Origin: an uncultured Alphaproteobacteria bacterium
Lineage (GTDB): Bacteria; Pseudomonadota; Alphaproteobacteria; RF32; CAG-239
NCBI GenBank assembly: GCA_944391395.1
Contig: CALXTI010000002.1
Coordinates: 1 to 64,000, forward strand
Direction: 5' to 3'
DNA: 64,000 nt
The position numbers and the translations under genes are program-made. Under the pieces are notes generated by a model, which saw only the letters and a program-made list of their open reading frames with translations, ran no database searches and was not told the origin of the DNA. The first letter of the stretch is position 1. Each line of letters opens with the position of its first letter. Below are positions 10,279 through 20,142 of this stretch, in pieces.

Positions 10279-11391
10279 ATGGCAGGCGGCAGGCACATAA
10301 AAAAAAACTTTCCGACACCCCGGCAAGAAAACGCGCTGGACGGAAATTATGCCGCCATTGACTTAGGCACAAACTCTTGTCGTCTGGTGATTGCAACACC
10401 GACAACAACCTCGTTTCATGTCGTGGAGACATTTTCCAAAATCACCCGTCTGGGCGAGGGAATTATCAACGATAACGAACTTTCAAAAGCCGCCATTCGC
10501 CGCACGGTAACGGCGTTAAAAGTGTGCCGCGGCGTTATAGACGAGTATGCGCCGATTGTCAAATCGCGTTTTGTGGCAACGGCGGCTTGCCGTCGGGCGA
10601 AAAACTGCAAAGAATTTGTTGATTTGGTTAAGAAAGAAGCCGGTATTGATTTGGAAATCATCTCTTCAAAAGAAGAATCCAGATTGGCGGTGGTCGGTTG
10701 TGTGCCGCTTTTGAACCGCAACATCAAAAGAATGTTGGTATTTGATATCGGCGGCGGGTCGACGGAAATTTCGCTGGCGCGTATTACCGACAGCGGCAAA
10801 ACGATTATTGAAGGGTTTGTTTCTCTGCCTTACGGCGTGGTTACGATTTCTGAAGCGTTCCCAAAAGACGATATGACCAGGCTTGCTTACACAACCATTA
10901 TGGAGCGCACGCAAAAACTTTTAACGGATTTTGATGAAGAGTTCGGTGTTTATGAAGGTATTAAAAATCAGGAAATACAAGTTATCGGAACTTCGGGAAC
11001 GGTAACGGTTTTGGGCGCGGTGCATCTTAATCTGCCGCGTTATAACCGTTCGGCCGTGGACGGTATTTCAATCTCGGGACCGGATTTGACCCGGGTGATT
11101 AACAAAATTAAAAATATCGGCGATGAGGGGCGGCGCAAACATCCGTGCATCGGCCCGCTGAAATCGGATTTAACAATTGCCGGATGCGCCATTATCGAAT
11201 CGTTGTTGACTTTTTGGCCCATTTCTGAAATAACCGTAGCCGACCGCGGCATCAGAGAGGGAATATTGCTGGATATGATGCATCATGAACGCCGGCAGGG
11301 ACGTCAACGCCGGCTACGCAATATTTATCATCGGCGTCGCCATTATGCCCGCAAAGACGGTCGCGCGGAAAAACATGTCAATTTAAATTAA
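10279..11391 (+). CDS. Ppx/GppA-family phosphatase (N-terminal actin-like domain) with an unusual polybasic C-terminal tail
   Basis: YAAIDLGTNSCRLVIA motif. Tail HHERRQGRQRRLRNIYHRRRHYARKDGR. Confidence 0.8.
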   Translation: MAGGRHIKKNFPTPRQENALDGNYAAIDLGTNSCRLVIATPTTTSFHVVETFSKITRLGEGIINDNELSKAAIRRTVTALKVCRGVIDEYAPIVKSRFVATAACRRAKNCKEFVDLVKKEAGIDLEIISSKEESRLAVVGCVPLLNRNIKRMLVFDIGGGSTEISLARITDSGKTIIEGFVSLPYGVVTISEAFPKDDMTRLAYTTIMERTQKLLTDFDEEFGVYEGIKNQEIQVIGTSGTVTVLGAVHLNLPRYNRSAVDGISISGPDLTRVINKIKNIGDEGRRKHPCIGPLKSDLTIAGCAIIESLLTFWPISEITVADRGIREGILLDMMHHERRQGRQRRLRNIYHRRRHYARKDGRAEKHVNLN

Positions 11392-11404
11392 AGGTACAAA
11401 GCTT

Positions 11405-12349
11405 ATGATTGAAAAAAAATATGCCGCCATAGATTTGGGAACGAATTCTTGTCGGTTGATGATTGCCGACGATAGCGGAAAATGTTTGTACCGCAATTCC
11501 ATTCCCACTAAATTAGGCGAAGGGCTTTATGCCGAAAAATGTTTTACGCCGGCGGCGGTTGAAAGAGGTTTGCAGGCGTTTGACGTCTATGCCGGCATCA
11601 TGAAAGAGTATGAGGTTGAAACTTATCGGGCTATTGCCACCGCTTCATGCCGGATGGCAAAAAACGGCGCGGATTTTGTGAAAAAAGTTGAAGAACGGAC
11701 GGGGATTAAGCTTGAAGTGATAGACGGCGTCGAAGAGGCGCGGTTGAATTTGAAAGGCGCATTGTTGAACGCTCCGACTTTTGCAAAATATGCCGTTGTT
11801 TATGATTTGGGCGGCGGGTCGACGGAAATTTCGCTGGCAACCAATGAAAACAATCCGCGGATTTTGCATACGGTTTCTGTTCCGTGGGGCGGACGCAACG
11901 CGGCGGAAGCTTTTGAGTTGGAAAGCTATAATCCGGAACGGACATGCCGTTTGGCCGGAGAAATAAAAAAATACGCCGATGATTTTGTTAGCAAGGCGCG
12001 TTTGACGGAATGCAAAAGCAAAAGCTGTCTGTTGGCAACTTCCAGCACGCCTTTGCGGTTGATTGCCCTGGCGGAACAATGGGAAAGTTACGACCGATTC
12101 AAGGCCGACGGCAAGACAATCTCATGTTCGGCGCTGGATGAAGCTGTTGAGCGTGTTTATCACATGAGCCCGGCGGAACGTTTGTCTTCGCCGTGCATCG
12201 GCGAAAATCGGGCGCCGATTTTTGTGGCGGCCTGTGTGATTTTTAAAACGATTTATGACGTTTTGGGTTTTGATGAACTGACGGCATCTTTAAAAAGCGC
12301 TCAAGACGGCATTATACGGGAGTTGATTGAAAATGGCAAAGCTGACTAA
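11405..12349 (+). CDS. Ppx/GppA-family phosphatase, a tandem paralog
   Basis: YAAIDLGTNSCRLMIADD and a second FDxGGGSTE motif. Confidence 0.8.
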   Translation: MIEKKYAAIDLGTNSCRLMIADDSGKCLYRNSIPTKLGEGLYAEKCFTPAAVERGLQAFDVYAGIMKEYEVETYRAIATASCRMAKNGADFVKKVEERTGIKLEVIDGVEEARLNLKGALLNAPTFAKYAVVYDLGGGSTEISLATNENNPRILHTVSVPWGGRNAAEAFELESYNPERTCRLAGEIKKYADDFVSKARLTECKSKSCLLATSSTPLRLIALAEQWESYDRFKADGKTISCSALDEAVERVYHMSPAERLSSPCIGENRAPIFVAACVIFKTIYDVLGFDELTASLKSAQDGIIRELIENGKAD

Positions 12350-13025
12350 ATCCGCCAAGTTGGTGCGCGGCAGAAAGAGTTTGACGGTTCGTGTCAAAAC
12401 CGCCAAATATCACAAGCCTTCGTCCAATCGTTGGTTGGAACGGCAGTTAAACGATCCGTATGTGGCCGAATCCAAACGTTTGGGTTATCGCTCGCGGGCG
12501 GCGTTTAAACTTATTCAATTAGATGAAAAATACAGGTTTTTGGGCAAAGGCAAAACGATTGTCGATTTGGGCTGCGCGCCTGGAGGATGGACGCAGGTGG
12601 CGGTTATGCGCAACAAAGGCAGCGGTCAGGTGGTCGGTATTGATATTTTAGAATGCGAGCCGGTGGAAGGGGCAAGTTTGATTTGTCAGGATTTTACCGC
12701 TGTCGACGCACCGGACAAGTTGAAGGCTCTGCTAAACGGTCCGGCTGATATTGTGATGAGCGACATGGCTGCCAACACGACCGGACACCAGCAGACCGAT
12801 CATTTGCGGACGATTGCCCTGGTTGAAGCGGCTTATCAATTTGCCAAAGAAGTGTTGGCCGAAGGAGGCATCTTTATTGCCAAAGTTTTTCAGGGCGGCG
12901 CCGAAAGCGGACTTTTGGCGGATATGAAGAAAAATTTTGCTAAAGTGTCGCATTTTAAGCCGGATGCCAGCCGGCAAGGGTCGCCGGAAACTTATGTGGT
13001 GGCGCAAGGATTTCGCGGAAATTAA
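12333..13025 (+). CDS. rlmE: 23S rRNA (uridine-2'-O)-methyltransferase RlmE/FtsJ with an alphaproteobacterial-type N-terminal extension
   Basis: RSRAAFKLIQLDEKYRFL...VDLGCAPGGWTQV plus N-terminus RKSLTVRVKTAKYHKPSSNRWLERQLNDPYV. The ORF-track start at 12327 is a TTG. ATG at 12333 is preferred. Confidence 0.85.
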   Translation: MAKLTKSAKLVRGRKSLTVRVKTAKYHKPSSNRWLERQLNDPYVAESKRLGYRSRAAFKLIQLDEKYRFLGKGKTIVDLGCAPGGWTQVAVMRNKGSGQVVGIDILECEPVEGASLICQDFTAVDAPDKLKALLNGPADIVMSDMAANTTGHQQTDHLRTIALVEAAYQFAKEVLAEGGIFIAKVFQGGAESGLLADMKKNFAKVSHFKPDASRQGSPETYVVAQGFRGN

Positions 13026-13087
13026 TTACCGCTTGACAAATGTACAAAAATAGCGTAAATTGTTCTTGAATAAAATATTTTTTAGAT

Positions 13088-13708
13088 ATGAAAAATTGTA
13101 TTATAGGAACGTTTAACGTTCCGGAAGAATTGACAGCCCGCCTGAAGGGGTTGAGTGAGCTCAACCCGTATGATTTTGTATCACAAATGTTTTGTGGTAC
13201 GGAAGAAAAGGGCATCCGCCTCAACAATGGAGGAAATGAAGTGATGCTTGATAAGAATAAAGCCTTTTACGGAAAAATTCTTATCGAGCCGGAATTTTTC
13301 CACAGCTTGCCGGCGGTGGAGCAAAAGCTTCACGGCGTGGAGGCTTTTATCATCAGCGGGACGCTGGTAGCCTCTAAAGAAAGGGTCTATGCGCTTTATA
13401 GGCCGTTTGAGGAGAAAATTTCGGTTATCGTAGAGAAATACGTGATACCGGAAGAAATCTCATATCGTCTTTTCAGACGGGTACGCTGTGTCCTTAGTGA
13501 AGACGGGGAGGGAAACCTCAAGCTCGAAATCATCAGGGTTTATAGCCTGATGCAAGATGGGCTTGGTCTGAAAGCCAAGCGGGACGAGGTTGTCGTTCGC
13601 AAATCTAAAGACGGCGCCATCGTCAAAGAGAAAAAATGGCTGTATAAACCGATGCATTTTGCAACTCGGGCGTATCCGGAAGTTGGCGAATATATCGGGA
13701 AGATATAA
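13088..13708 (+). CDS. Hypothetical protein, paralog 1 of a tandem three-gene uncharacterised family
   Basis: Shares a Y-x-P-F/L-x-E ... Y-V-I/F-P motif with the next two ORFs. Confidence 0.5.
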   Translation: MKNCIIGTFNVPEELTARLKGLSELNPYDFVSQMFCGTEEKGIRLNNGGNEVMLDKNKAFYGKILIEPEFFHSLPAVEQKLHGVEAFIISGTLVASKERVYALYRPFEEKISVIVEKYVIPEEISYRLFRRVRCVLSEDGEGNLKLEIIRVYSLMQDGLGLKAKRDEVVVRKSKDGAIVKEKKWLYKPMHFATRAYPEVGEYIGKI

Positions 13709-13723
13709 CCGTTGACGTTGAAA

Positions 13724-13757
13724 AAAAGGGGGAAAGCAAAAGCTTTCCCCCTTTTTT
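13724..13757 (+). terminator. Rho-independent terminator (aaggggga-aagcaaaagc-tttccccctt followed by TTTTTT)
   Basis: Perfect GC-rich stem with a T-run, seen directly. Confidence 0.65.
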
Positions 13758-14402
13758 ATGAACCATATTGACAAAAAAATGATTTGGTATAATATGACCA
13801 TAAAATTAAATTATTCAGATATGGATATACGTAGAATACAATTACCAAATGAAGTTCGCCTCCGTCTGGAAGGTCGAAAGGAAATGGATGCTTTGTATAT
13901 TGCCGGCTTAATCAAGCAGTATTGCAAAGAATATCTGTGCATTTCAAAAGGTTTTTTTGGCGAAATGTCGGTAAAAACCGAGTTTTATCGTCTGGTTCCG
14001 GAAAAACTTCGTTATCTGGAAAAACAACCGGGTTTTGTTTTTGTCGGGCAGGGTTCTGCTCCTGAAATTGCTTTTTACGTGCCGTTTGCCGAGTATGTTT
14101 ATTTTGTGCCGACGGATTATGTCGATACAAAAGTCGCTAAAAGTTCATTTTTACATTCACAAAGAGTGATGTATGAGCTAAAATCGACTTATTACGGCAG
14201 AGTGTGTGTGAAGGCTAACAGAGTTTTTTGCATCAGAAAAAAAGGCCTAAAAGCTATTTATGATGTGTTGATTGCGCATCATGTTACAACAGAAGAAATT
14301 CTCAAAAGAGAATTTTTTGAGCCGATGTATTTTGTAAAAGAGGATTATCTGAGTTGTTATGCGGAAGATTTTCCTTGTCATTGCGTCAGGAATTATGAAT
14401 AA
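13758..14402 (+). CDS. Hypothetical protein, paralog 2. The start is ambiguous: a TTGACA...TGgTATAAT promoter-like element sits at 13768-13793, inside the annotated 5' end.
   Basis: ORF of 214 aa carrying the family motif FYVPFAEYVYFVPTDY. Confidence 0.5.
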   Translation: MNHIDKKMIWYNMTIKLNYSDMDIRRIQLPNEVRLRLEGRKEMDALYIAGLIKQYCKEYLCISKGFFGEMSVKTEFYRLVPEKLRYLEKQPGFVFVGQGSAPEIAFYVPFAEYVYFVPTDYVDTKVAKSSFLHSQRVMYELKSTYYGRVCVKANRVFCIRKKGLKAIYDVLIAHHVTTEEILKREFFEPMYFVKEDYLSCYAEDFPCHCVRNYE

Positions 14403-14470
14403 TGTTGACAAAATGAACAAAACAGGGCAATATAATGCAGACAATATAAAAATATGTTAATTATTTAGTT

Positions 14471-15076
14471 ATGAAAGTAGAAAAAATAAAATTAACGGGC
14501 ATCGCCCGCAGAATGTGGGGCTACAAAATCCTAACACCGTCAACTGTCGGCAAGTTTGTTGAAAGTCATAAACTCGCTTTGGATCGCAGCCGTCGGGTTG
14601 TTTTTGATGCGTTCGGGCGTTTTGCATCCGTTCACATTTGCCCGGAGACGTACCAGCTGCTGGGTGAAGATATCAGAGCGATGCATGGTCGCGTCGGCTT
14701 TGTTTATCACGCCTGGATACAGTATTGTGCCGACGGAAAATGGCTGACAGACTGGGAGAATGATTTTCTGCTCTATTATGAACCGCTGACGGAAGAGGCT
14801 TATGTCTTTCCGAAACGGGTGGCGGAACTTAAAACCGTTCACGCCTGGTGGCGTTTGAAAAACAAACAAGTTGAATATCCCTTGTTTGAAAAGGACGGTG
14901 TTAAAATCAGCCGCAGTTTTCTTGTCAGAGGAAACTTGTTGTGCGCCTATCGGGACGTGGCTTCTTATCAGCCTCAGGAAAATGTCTGGCAGTGGAAGTA
15001 TTTTCCGCCGCTGCACTTTGTCTATGCGAAAGTGCCGACCCTCAAAGAACTTGAGGCCATGGCGCCGGAAGCATAA
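14471..15076 (+). CDS. Hypothetical protein, paralog 3
   Basis: Family motif LLYYEPLTEEAYVFP. Same strand and spacing as the other two paralogs. Confidence 0.5.
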   Translation: MKVEKIKLTGIARRMWGYKILTPSTVGKFVESHKLALDRSRRVVFDAFGRFASVHICPETYQLLGEDIRAMHGRVGFVYHAWIQYCADGKWLTDWENDFLLYYEPLTEEAYVFPKRVAELKTVHAWWRLKNKQVEYPLFEKDGVKISRSFLVRGNLLCAYRDVASYQPQENVWQWKYFPPLHFVYAKVPTLKELEAMAPEA

Positions 15077-15091
15077 GTCGAAACTTAAAAG

Positions 15092-15124
15092 AAAGGAGCT
15101 TGTTTTTAAGCTCCTTTTTTGTTG
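15092..15124 (+). terminator. Rho-independent terminator (aaaggagcttg-ttttt-aagctccttt followed by TTTTGTT)
   Basis: Seen directly. Confidence 0.6.
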
Positions 15125-15174
15125 CGTTTTTTTGTAAATCATATAAAATTTCTGTTTTGAAAGGGAAATAAAAT

Positions 15175-16386
15175 ATGCAAATCAGCGCGCGTTATCAGGC
15201 GGTTTTTGAAATATTGAGCGAGGTATTTAAAGATGAAAGGCCGGCAGATCATATCATCAACGACTATGTCCGCAAACGAAAATACATCGGTTCCAAAGAC
15301 CGGCGCTTTATCATTGATGCGGTATGGAACATTATCCGCCGGCGTTTAAGGCTTGCTTTTGAAACCCAAAGCCATGACGCGCGGCAGATTTTGCTGACGT
15401 ATTTGCAAGACGAGGATTTTGACCTTGTCGCCGACGGTTCGGAATACGGTTTGGCGGCGTTGAACAAAGAAGAAAAAGCACGGCTTAAAAACTTGACAGA
15501 TGACAAAGTTTATCCGAATTATGTTGAAGATGAATGTCCGAAATGGCTTTATGAAAAAATAAACAATCCGGCTTTGGTGCAAAGTTTGAACCAAACCGCG
15601 CCGGCGGATTTGCGGGTGAATATGGCGGACAGGCAAATGATAAAAAACCGTTTGCAAGGCGAGGGGTTGTTTTTTTCTATAACGCCTTATTCGCCGTTCG
15701 GTCTGCGGTCGGAAGAACGGATAAATCTTAATAATTGCATGAGCTATCAGGAAGGGCTGATTGAAGTACAAGACGAGGCTTCGCAACTGGCGGCGTTTTT
15801 ATGTTCGGTAACACCTGACGAAAAGGTGGTGGATTATTGCGCCGGAGCCGGCGGCAAAAGCCTGGCCATTGCCGCGTATAACCGCAACGAAGGCGTGATT
15901 TATGCGCACGATGCCGATTGGAACCGCATGGATGCGATTAAAGAACGGGCGGCGCGGCTCGGTATTCGCAATATCAGGTTGTTGAAAAATGTTGAAGACA
16001 CGGATTATGATTGCTTTATTTTGGACGCGCCGTGTTCGGGCAGCGGGACATGGCGGCGGTCGCCGGATGCCAAGTTTCGCTTAACGCCGGAAAAATTGCA
16101 AGATTTGAATAATGTGCAGGCTGAGATTTTGGAAACGGCTTATTGCCATACCAAAAAAGGCGGGCGGATTGTTTATATGACCTGTTCGGTCTTAAAAGAT
16201 GAAAATGAAAATATGGTTGAAGCATTTGCCGCACGGCATGCGGATTTGATGTTCGCCGACCATGCGGCGTTGTGGCAAAAGCGGTTGGATATGCCGTATC
16301 CGTTTCATGAAAAAAGATTTATCAGATTTTCGCCGCTTGCCACCAACACGGACGGTTTTTTCTTTTGCATGATGCGCAAAGCCTGA
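15175..16386 (+). CDS. RsmB/Sun-family (NOL1/NOP2) rRNA cytosine-C5 methyltransferase
   Basis: VVDYCAGAGGKS and FILDAPCSGSGTWRR motifs. Confidence 0.8.
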   Translation: MQISARYQAVFEILSEVFKDERPADHIINDYVRKRKYIGSKDRRFIIDAVWNIIRRRLRLAFETQSHDARQILLTYLQDEDFDLVADGSEYGLAALNKEEKARLKNLTDDKVYPNYVEDECPKWLYEKINNPALVQSLNQTAPADLRVNMADRQMIKNRLQGEGLFFSITPYSPFGLRSEERINLNNCMSYQEGLIEVQDEASQLAAFLCSVTPDEKVVDYCAGAGGKSLAIAAYNRNEGVIYAHDADWNRMDAIKERAARLGIRNIRLLKNVEDTDYDCFILDAPCSGSGTWRRSPDAKFRLTPEKLQDLNNVQAEILETAYCHTKKGGRIVYMTCSVLKDENENMVEAFAARHADLMFADHAALWQKRLDMPYPFHEKRFIRFSPLATNTDGFFFCMMRKA

Positions 16387-16506
16387 GTATATGCGCGCGG
16401 CAGTTGTTCGGAATGAAATTTTTTGTAATCATTCGTGTGTAGACATTTTTTGACAAGTTATGCTATTTTTTTGCCATCAAAAATTTAATATGAAAGGAAT
16501 AAAAAC

Positions 16507-17304
16507 ATGGCAAAAATTCATCCCTCGGCAGTAGTTGAAAATGGCGCGCAAATCGCTGATAGCGCGGAAATCGGTCCTTTTTGTTGGATTAGCTCGCGGG
16601 CAAAAATCGGCGAGAATGTTAAGTTGTTGGCGCGTGTCAGCGTGATGGGAAACACCACCATCGGTGAGGGGACAATCGTGTTTCCGGGGGCTTGTCTGGG
16701 CGGCGGGCCACAGGATCACGGCAATGAATTTCAGGAAGAAGCCAAGTTGATTATCGGCAAGCACAATATCATTCGCGAAAACGTGACAATGCAATGCGGC
16801 ACGCCGAAAGAACACTTTACCACCACGGTGGGCGACAACGGCATGTTTATGGTCAACTCGCACGTGGCGCATGACTGCGTGGTCGGCAACAATGTGATTA
16901 TGACCAACAACGCGGTTATCGGCGGTCATGTCCGTTTGGGCGACGGGGTTATCATCGGCGGCAACTCTGCCGTGCACCAATTCTGCCGAATCGGCCGCAA
17001 AGCGATGATTGGCGGTATGAGCGGCGTGGCGCGCGACGTTATTCCGTTCGGCATGGTAACCGGCGACCGTGGCAAATTGCGCGGATTAAACGTTATCGGC
17101 TTAAAGCGTAGCGGTATTGACGAATCGGCGGTTAAGGCGGTTACACGTGCTTATATGTTTTTGTTTAAGGGCAAAAACGGCACGTTTGAAGAGCGTCTGG
17201 CCGAAGCCCGTGAAAAATATAAAGACAATGAAATGATTATGGAACAAATCAGGTTTATTGATGAGGCTCTGGAAAGCCGGCGCAATTTGATGACGGCGGA
17301 ATAA
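16507..17304 (+). CDS. lpxA: Acyl-ACP:UDP-GlcNAc O-acyltransferase LpxA. It stands alone, with no adjacent fabZ or lpxB.
   Basis: Left-handed beta-helix hexapeptide repeats. The KIHPSAVVENGAQI N-terminus is typical of LpxA, as is the C-terminal helical domain. Confidence 0.9.
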   Translation: MAKIHPSAVVENGAQIADSAEIGPFCWISSRAKIGENVKLLARVSVMGNTTIGEGTIVFPGACLGGGPQDHGNEFQEEAKLIIGKHNIIRENVTMQCGTPKEHFTTTVGDNGMFMVNSHVAHDCVVGNNVIMTNNAVIGGHVRLGDGVIIGGNSAVHQFCRIGRKAMIGGMSGVARDVIPFGMVTGDRGKLRGLNVIGLKRSGIDESAVKAVTRAYMFLFKGKNGTFEERLAEAREKYKDNEMIMEQIRFIDEALESRRNLMTAE

Positions 17305-17332
17305 AACCCAAAACATCGTTTTAAGGAAACAA

Positions 17333-17368
17333 ACACCTTGCATTGATGCTGATGCAAGGTGTTTTTTT
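17333..17368 (+). terminator. Rho-independent terminator after lpxA (acaccttgcat...atgcaaggtgt followed by TTTTTTTG)
   Basis: Seen directly. Confidence 0.6.
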
Positions 17369-17511
17369 GTGCTTTTTATATAACCGATTATGAACATTGC
17401 GGCATCGGTAATACAAAAGATAAAATAAAGGTTGCAATATCGTTTTATTTGAGTATTATTTTGTATATTTATAACCTATGTTTAAATTTAACACAATTCG
17501 GAAATTGTTCA

Positions 17512-18492
17512 ATGGCGCAGGTGTCCGTTATCATACCGGTTTACAATGTGGAAAAATATCTTTCGCGGTGTTTGGATTCATTGCTGGCGCAAACATTTAC
17601 CGATTTTGAAGTGATTTGCGTCAATGACGGTTCAACCGACGGCAGCGGGCAGGTTCTACAAACTTATGCCGAAAAAGACGCCCGGATAAAAATCATCACA
17701 CAAGAGAATCGCGGTGTTTCCGCGGCAAGAAACGTCGGTTTGCGGGCGGTTGATGCGCCTTACGTTTGTTTTGTCGATGCCGACGATTATGCGCATCCGG
17801 AGATGCTTTCCTGCCTGATTGAGGTGATGGAAAAGGTAAAAGCCGATATCGCCAATTGTCTGATTGTCAAAACAAGCGCCGAAGAGGTTGTTGCTTTTCA
17901 GCCGCTGCGAGCGGATAAAATCAAAACACGGGTGTTTGCCGATCCGTTGGAAGCATTTATGAAAAACCGGCGGATACAGACGGGTTCTTATGCCAGATTA
18001 TATAAAAAAGAAATTCTGTCCGGCATTCGATTTGAGCCGAACACCCGTTATGAGGACATTCCGTTTGCCGTGCAGGTGATGAACAAAGCCAAAAGTCTGG
18101 TGCTTGTGTATGCGCCGCTTTATGTCTATTACCAACATTCGGAATCGTTTATTCATCAGCCTTTCAGCGAAGAAAAAGCGGCGGATTATTTTAAGGTGAT
18201 GCGCTTGGTGTGGGCGTATTGCCAACAGAATTGTCCGCAAAGGGCAGCGGATGTCAGGCGCTATATTTTAAACAGCCGGTTTAAGATGCTGACCAATCAG
18301 GCGGTACGGCGGCAGAAAGACAAAGCCGTGCAGCGGCGGATTTTTGCGCTTGTGCAGCAAACTGTCAAAGAAATGTATCAGGAAAAGATGCTGTCTTATG
18401 AGGGCTTAAAACTAAAACACAAAATCAGATTGTTTTTATTATTGCATTGTCGCACGCCGGAGCCATGCCGGGTGTGGTCAAATTTGATATAG
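17512..18492 (+). CDS. GT2-family glycosyltransferase
   Basis: VSVIIPVYNVEKYLSRCLDSLLAQTF...VICVNDGSTDGS...DADD motifs. The ORF-track start at 17359 is unlikely. ATG at 17512 gives the canonical N-terminus. Confidence 0.8.
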   Translation: MAQVSVIIPVYNVEKYLSRCLDSLLAQTFTDFEVICVNDGSTDGSGQVLQTYAEKDARIKIITQENRGVSAARNVGLRAVDAPYVCFVDADDYAHPEMLSCLIEVMEKVKADIANCLIVKTSAEEVVAFQPLRADKIKTRVFADPLEAFMKNRRIQTGSYARLYKKEILSGIRFEPNTRYEDIPFAVQVMNKAKSLVLVYAPLYVYYQHSESFIHQPFSEEKAADYFKVMRLVWAYCQQNCPQRAADVRRYILNSRFKMLTNQAVRRQKDKAVQRRIFALVQQTVKEMYQEKMLSYEGLKLKHKIRLFLLLHCRTPEPCRVWSNLI

Positions 18493-18503
18493 GAGAAAAT
18501 AAA

Positions 18504-18947
18504 ATGGCGACGTATTACATCGTAAGCGGCGGGTTTGACCCGATACACGAGGGACATATCGAGATGATAAAGGCCTCGGCTGAGGCTGGCGACGGTGTGA
18601 TTGTGCTGGCGAATTCAGACGCGTGGCTGTGCCGCAAGAAAGGCAAAAACTTTCATAACATGAAAACCCGCAAAGCGATTTTGGAAAACCTAAAAGGTGT
18701 TATCGACGTTTTGGAATTTAACGATGACGACAATTCGGCCTCGGATGGCATCCGTAAAGCACGGGCGAAATATCCCGATGCGCATTTGGTTTTTGCCAAC
18801 GGGGGCGACCGAGGCAAAGACAACATTCCGGAAATTCCGGCATGTCAGGAATGTCATGTTGATTTGGCATTCGGCGTCGGCGGCGAAAACAAGGCCAATT
18901 CTTCTTCCTGGATTTTGGAAAGGTGGCACAGCTTTGAAGCGGCGTAA
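18504..18947 (+). CDS. Cytidylyltransferase-like nucleotidyltransferase (HIGH-motif family). Small, about 148 aa.
   Basis: YYIVSGGFDPIHEGHIEMI N-terminus with a GGAGAAAATAAA ribosome-binding site. Confidence 0.65.
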   Translation: MATYYIVSGGFDPIHEGHIEMIKASAEAGDGVIVLANSDAWLCRKKGKNFHNMKTRKAILENLKGVIDVLEFNDDDNSASDGIRKARAKYPDAHLVFANGGDRGKDNIPEIPACQECHVDLAFGVGGENKANSSSWILERWHSFEAA

Positions 18948-18966
18948 GCTGAAATTGTTGTTTGAC

Positions 18967-20142
18967 ATGGAGCAACTGGCGGTTTCCGACGGCCGCGGCA
19001 CGGGCATTGCGCGCGTGGCGGCGGCGTTGTTGCACGGCCTCAAGGATTGTGCCGAAATTGAGCTTTTTCCGCTGGTAACTTCAACGCGCGGCGATGCGGC
19101 GGCTTATCTTGAGCGTGCCGGGTTTCAGGATTTGGCAAAAAAACTTGTTTATATGCCTTTTTTACGCAAAACCTGCAAATGGGATAATTGGTATAAAGCT
19201 TTGGTTTCAAAATTTTTAAGCGCTTGCTGCCGTTTGAAATACGGCAAAGCGCTTAAAACTTATGACGCGTATTTGTCGGTGTTCAGTCCGGTTTCGCCCG
19301 TGGTTTATGCAAGCGGGCTTAAGACATTTGCCTTTGTGCATGATTTGATTCCGATAAATCACCCCGAATTTTGCGATGCCAAGTTTGCGCGGAAGTATCG
19401 GCAATGGCTGGAACATCTGGCGGCAGATCAGGTGTTTGTCATTTCCGAATCGACGAAAAAGGATTTGCTCTCGTTCCGGCCGGATATGAAAGCAGATAAG
19501 ATTAAGGTGGTTTATTTGGGAGCAGATGCGACGTTCCGGCCGGTTACGGACGCGGCGGCGATATCCGCCGTGCGGGCAAAATACGGCATTCGGACGGAAA
19601 AATACATTCTGGCGGTGTCGGAGATTTCGCCGCGCAAAAATTTCGGGCATTTGCTGGAGGCGTTTGTCGCTTTTGCCGAACGGCTGAGGAAAGAAAAAAT
19701 TTCGTTGGTGCTGGCAGGACCGGTGCGGGAAGGTTTTTCTGCCGTGGCAGAAAAAATTAAAAATTTGAAAAAATATCAAGACATGATGGTGCAGACCGGA
19801 TTTGTCAATGACGCGGATATGCCGGCGCTTTACGGCGGGGCGGAAGTTTTTGTTTATCCGAGTTTGTATGAAGGATTTGGCTTGCCGGTTCTGGAGGCGA
19901 TGCAATGCGGCGTTCCGGTGATATGTGCCGAGAACAGCTCGCTGCCGGAAGTGGGCGGCAAAGCGGCGTGTTATGTCAGCGGCCGCGATGTAGGGGAAAC
20001 GGCTGACGCTTTGTATGAAATCTGCTCAAACGATGCTTTTCGGGCGGAATTGAAACAAAAATCCGTTCGTCAGGCGCAAAAGTTCGGCTGGCAGAAGTTT
20101 AATGAAAATGTGATAAAAACGATTTTGGAGACTATAAAATGA
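18967..20142 (+). CDS. GT4-family glycosyltransferase. An alternative TTG start at 18934 would overlap the upstream gene.
   Basis: C-terminal [20 protein letters not shown]4 motif and an N-terminal LLFDMEQL. Confidence 0.75.
   Translation: MEQLAVSDGRGTGIARVAAALLHGLKDCAEIELFPLVTSTRGDAAAYLERAGFQDLAKKLVYMPFLRKTCKWDNWYKALVSKFLSACCRLKYGKALKTYDAYLSVFSPVSPVVYASGLKTFAFVHDLIPINHPEFCDAKFARKYRQWLEHLAADQVFVISESTKKDLLSFRPDMKADKIKVVYLGADATFRPVTDAAAISAVRAKYGIRTEKYILAVSEISPRKNFGHLLEAFVAFAERLRKEKISLVLAGPVREGFSAVAEKIKNLKKYQDMMVQTGFVNDADMPALYGGAEVFVYPSLYEGFGLPVLEAMQCGVPVICAENSSLPEVGGKAACYVSGRDVGETADALYEICSNDAFRAELKQKSVRQAQKFGWQKFNENVIKTILETIK

Noticed and set aside
14540-15142. 200-aa minus-strand ORF
   Set aside because: It is antisense to paralog 3 (14471-15076). 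That gene is supported by the family motif and by the strand of its neighbours.
18697-18966. 90-aa N-terminal extension of the GT4 ORF overlapping the cytidylyltransferase gene
   Set aside because: The extension has no GT-like sequence and overlaps a good gene. The start was moved to ATG 18967 (or TTG 18934).
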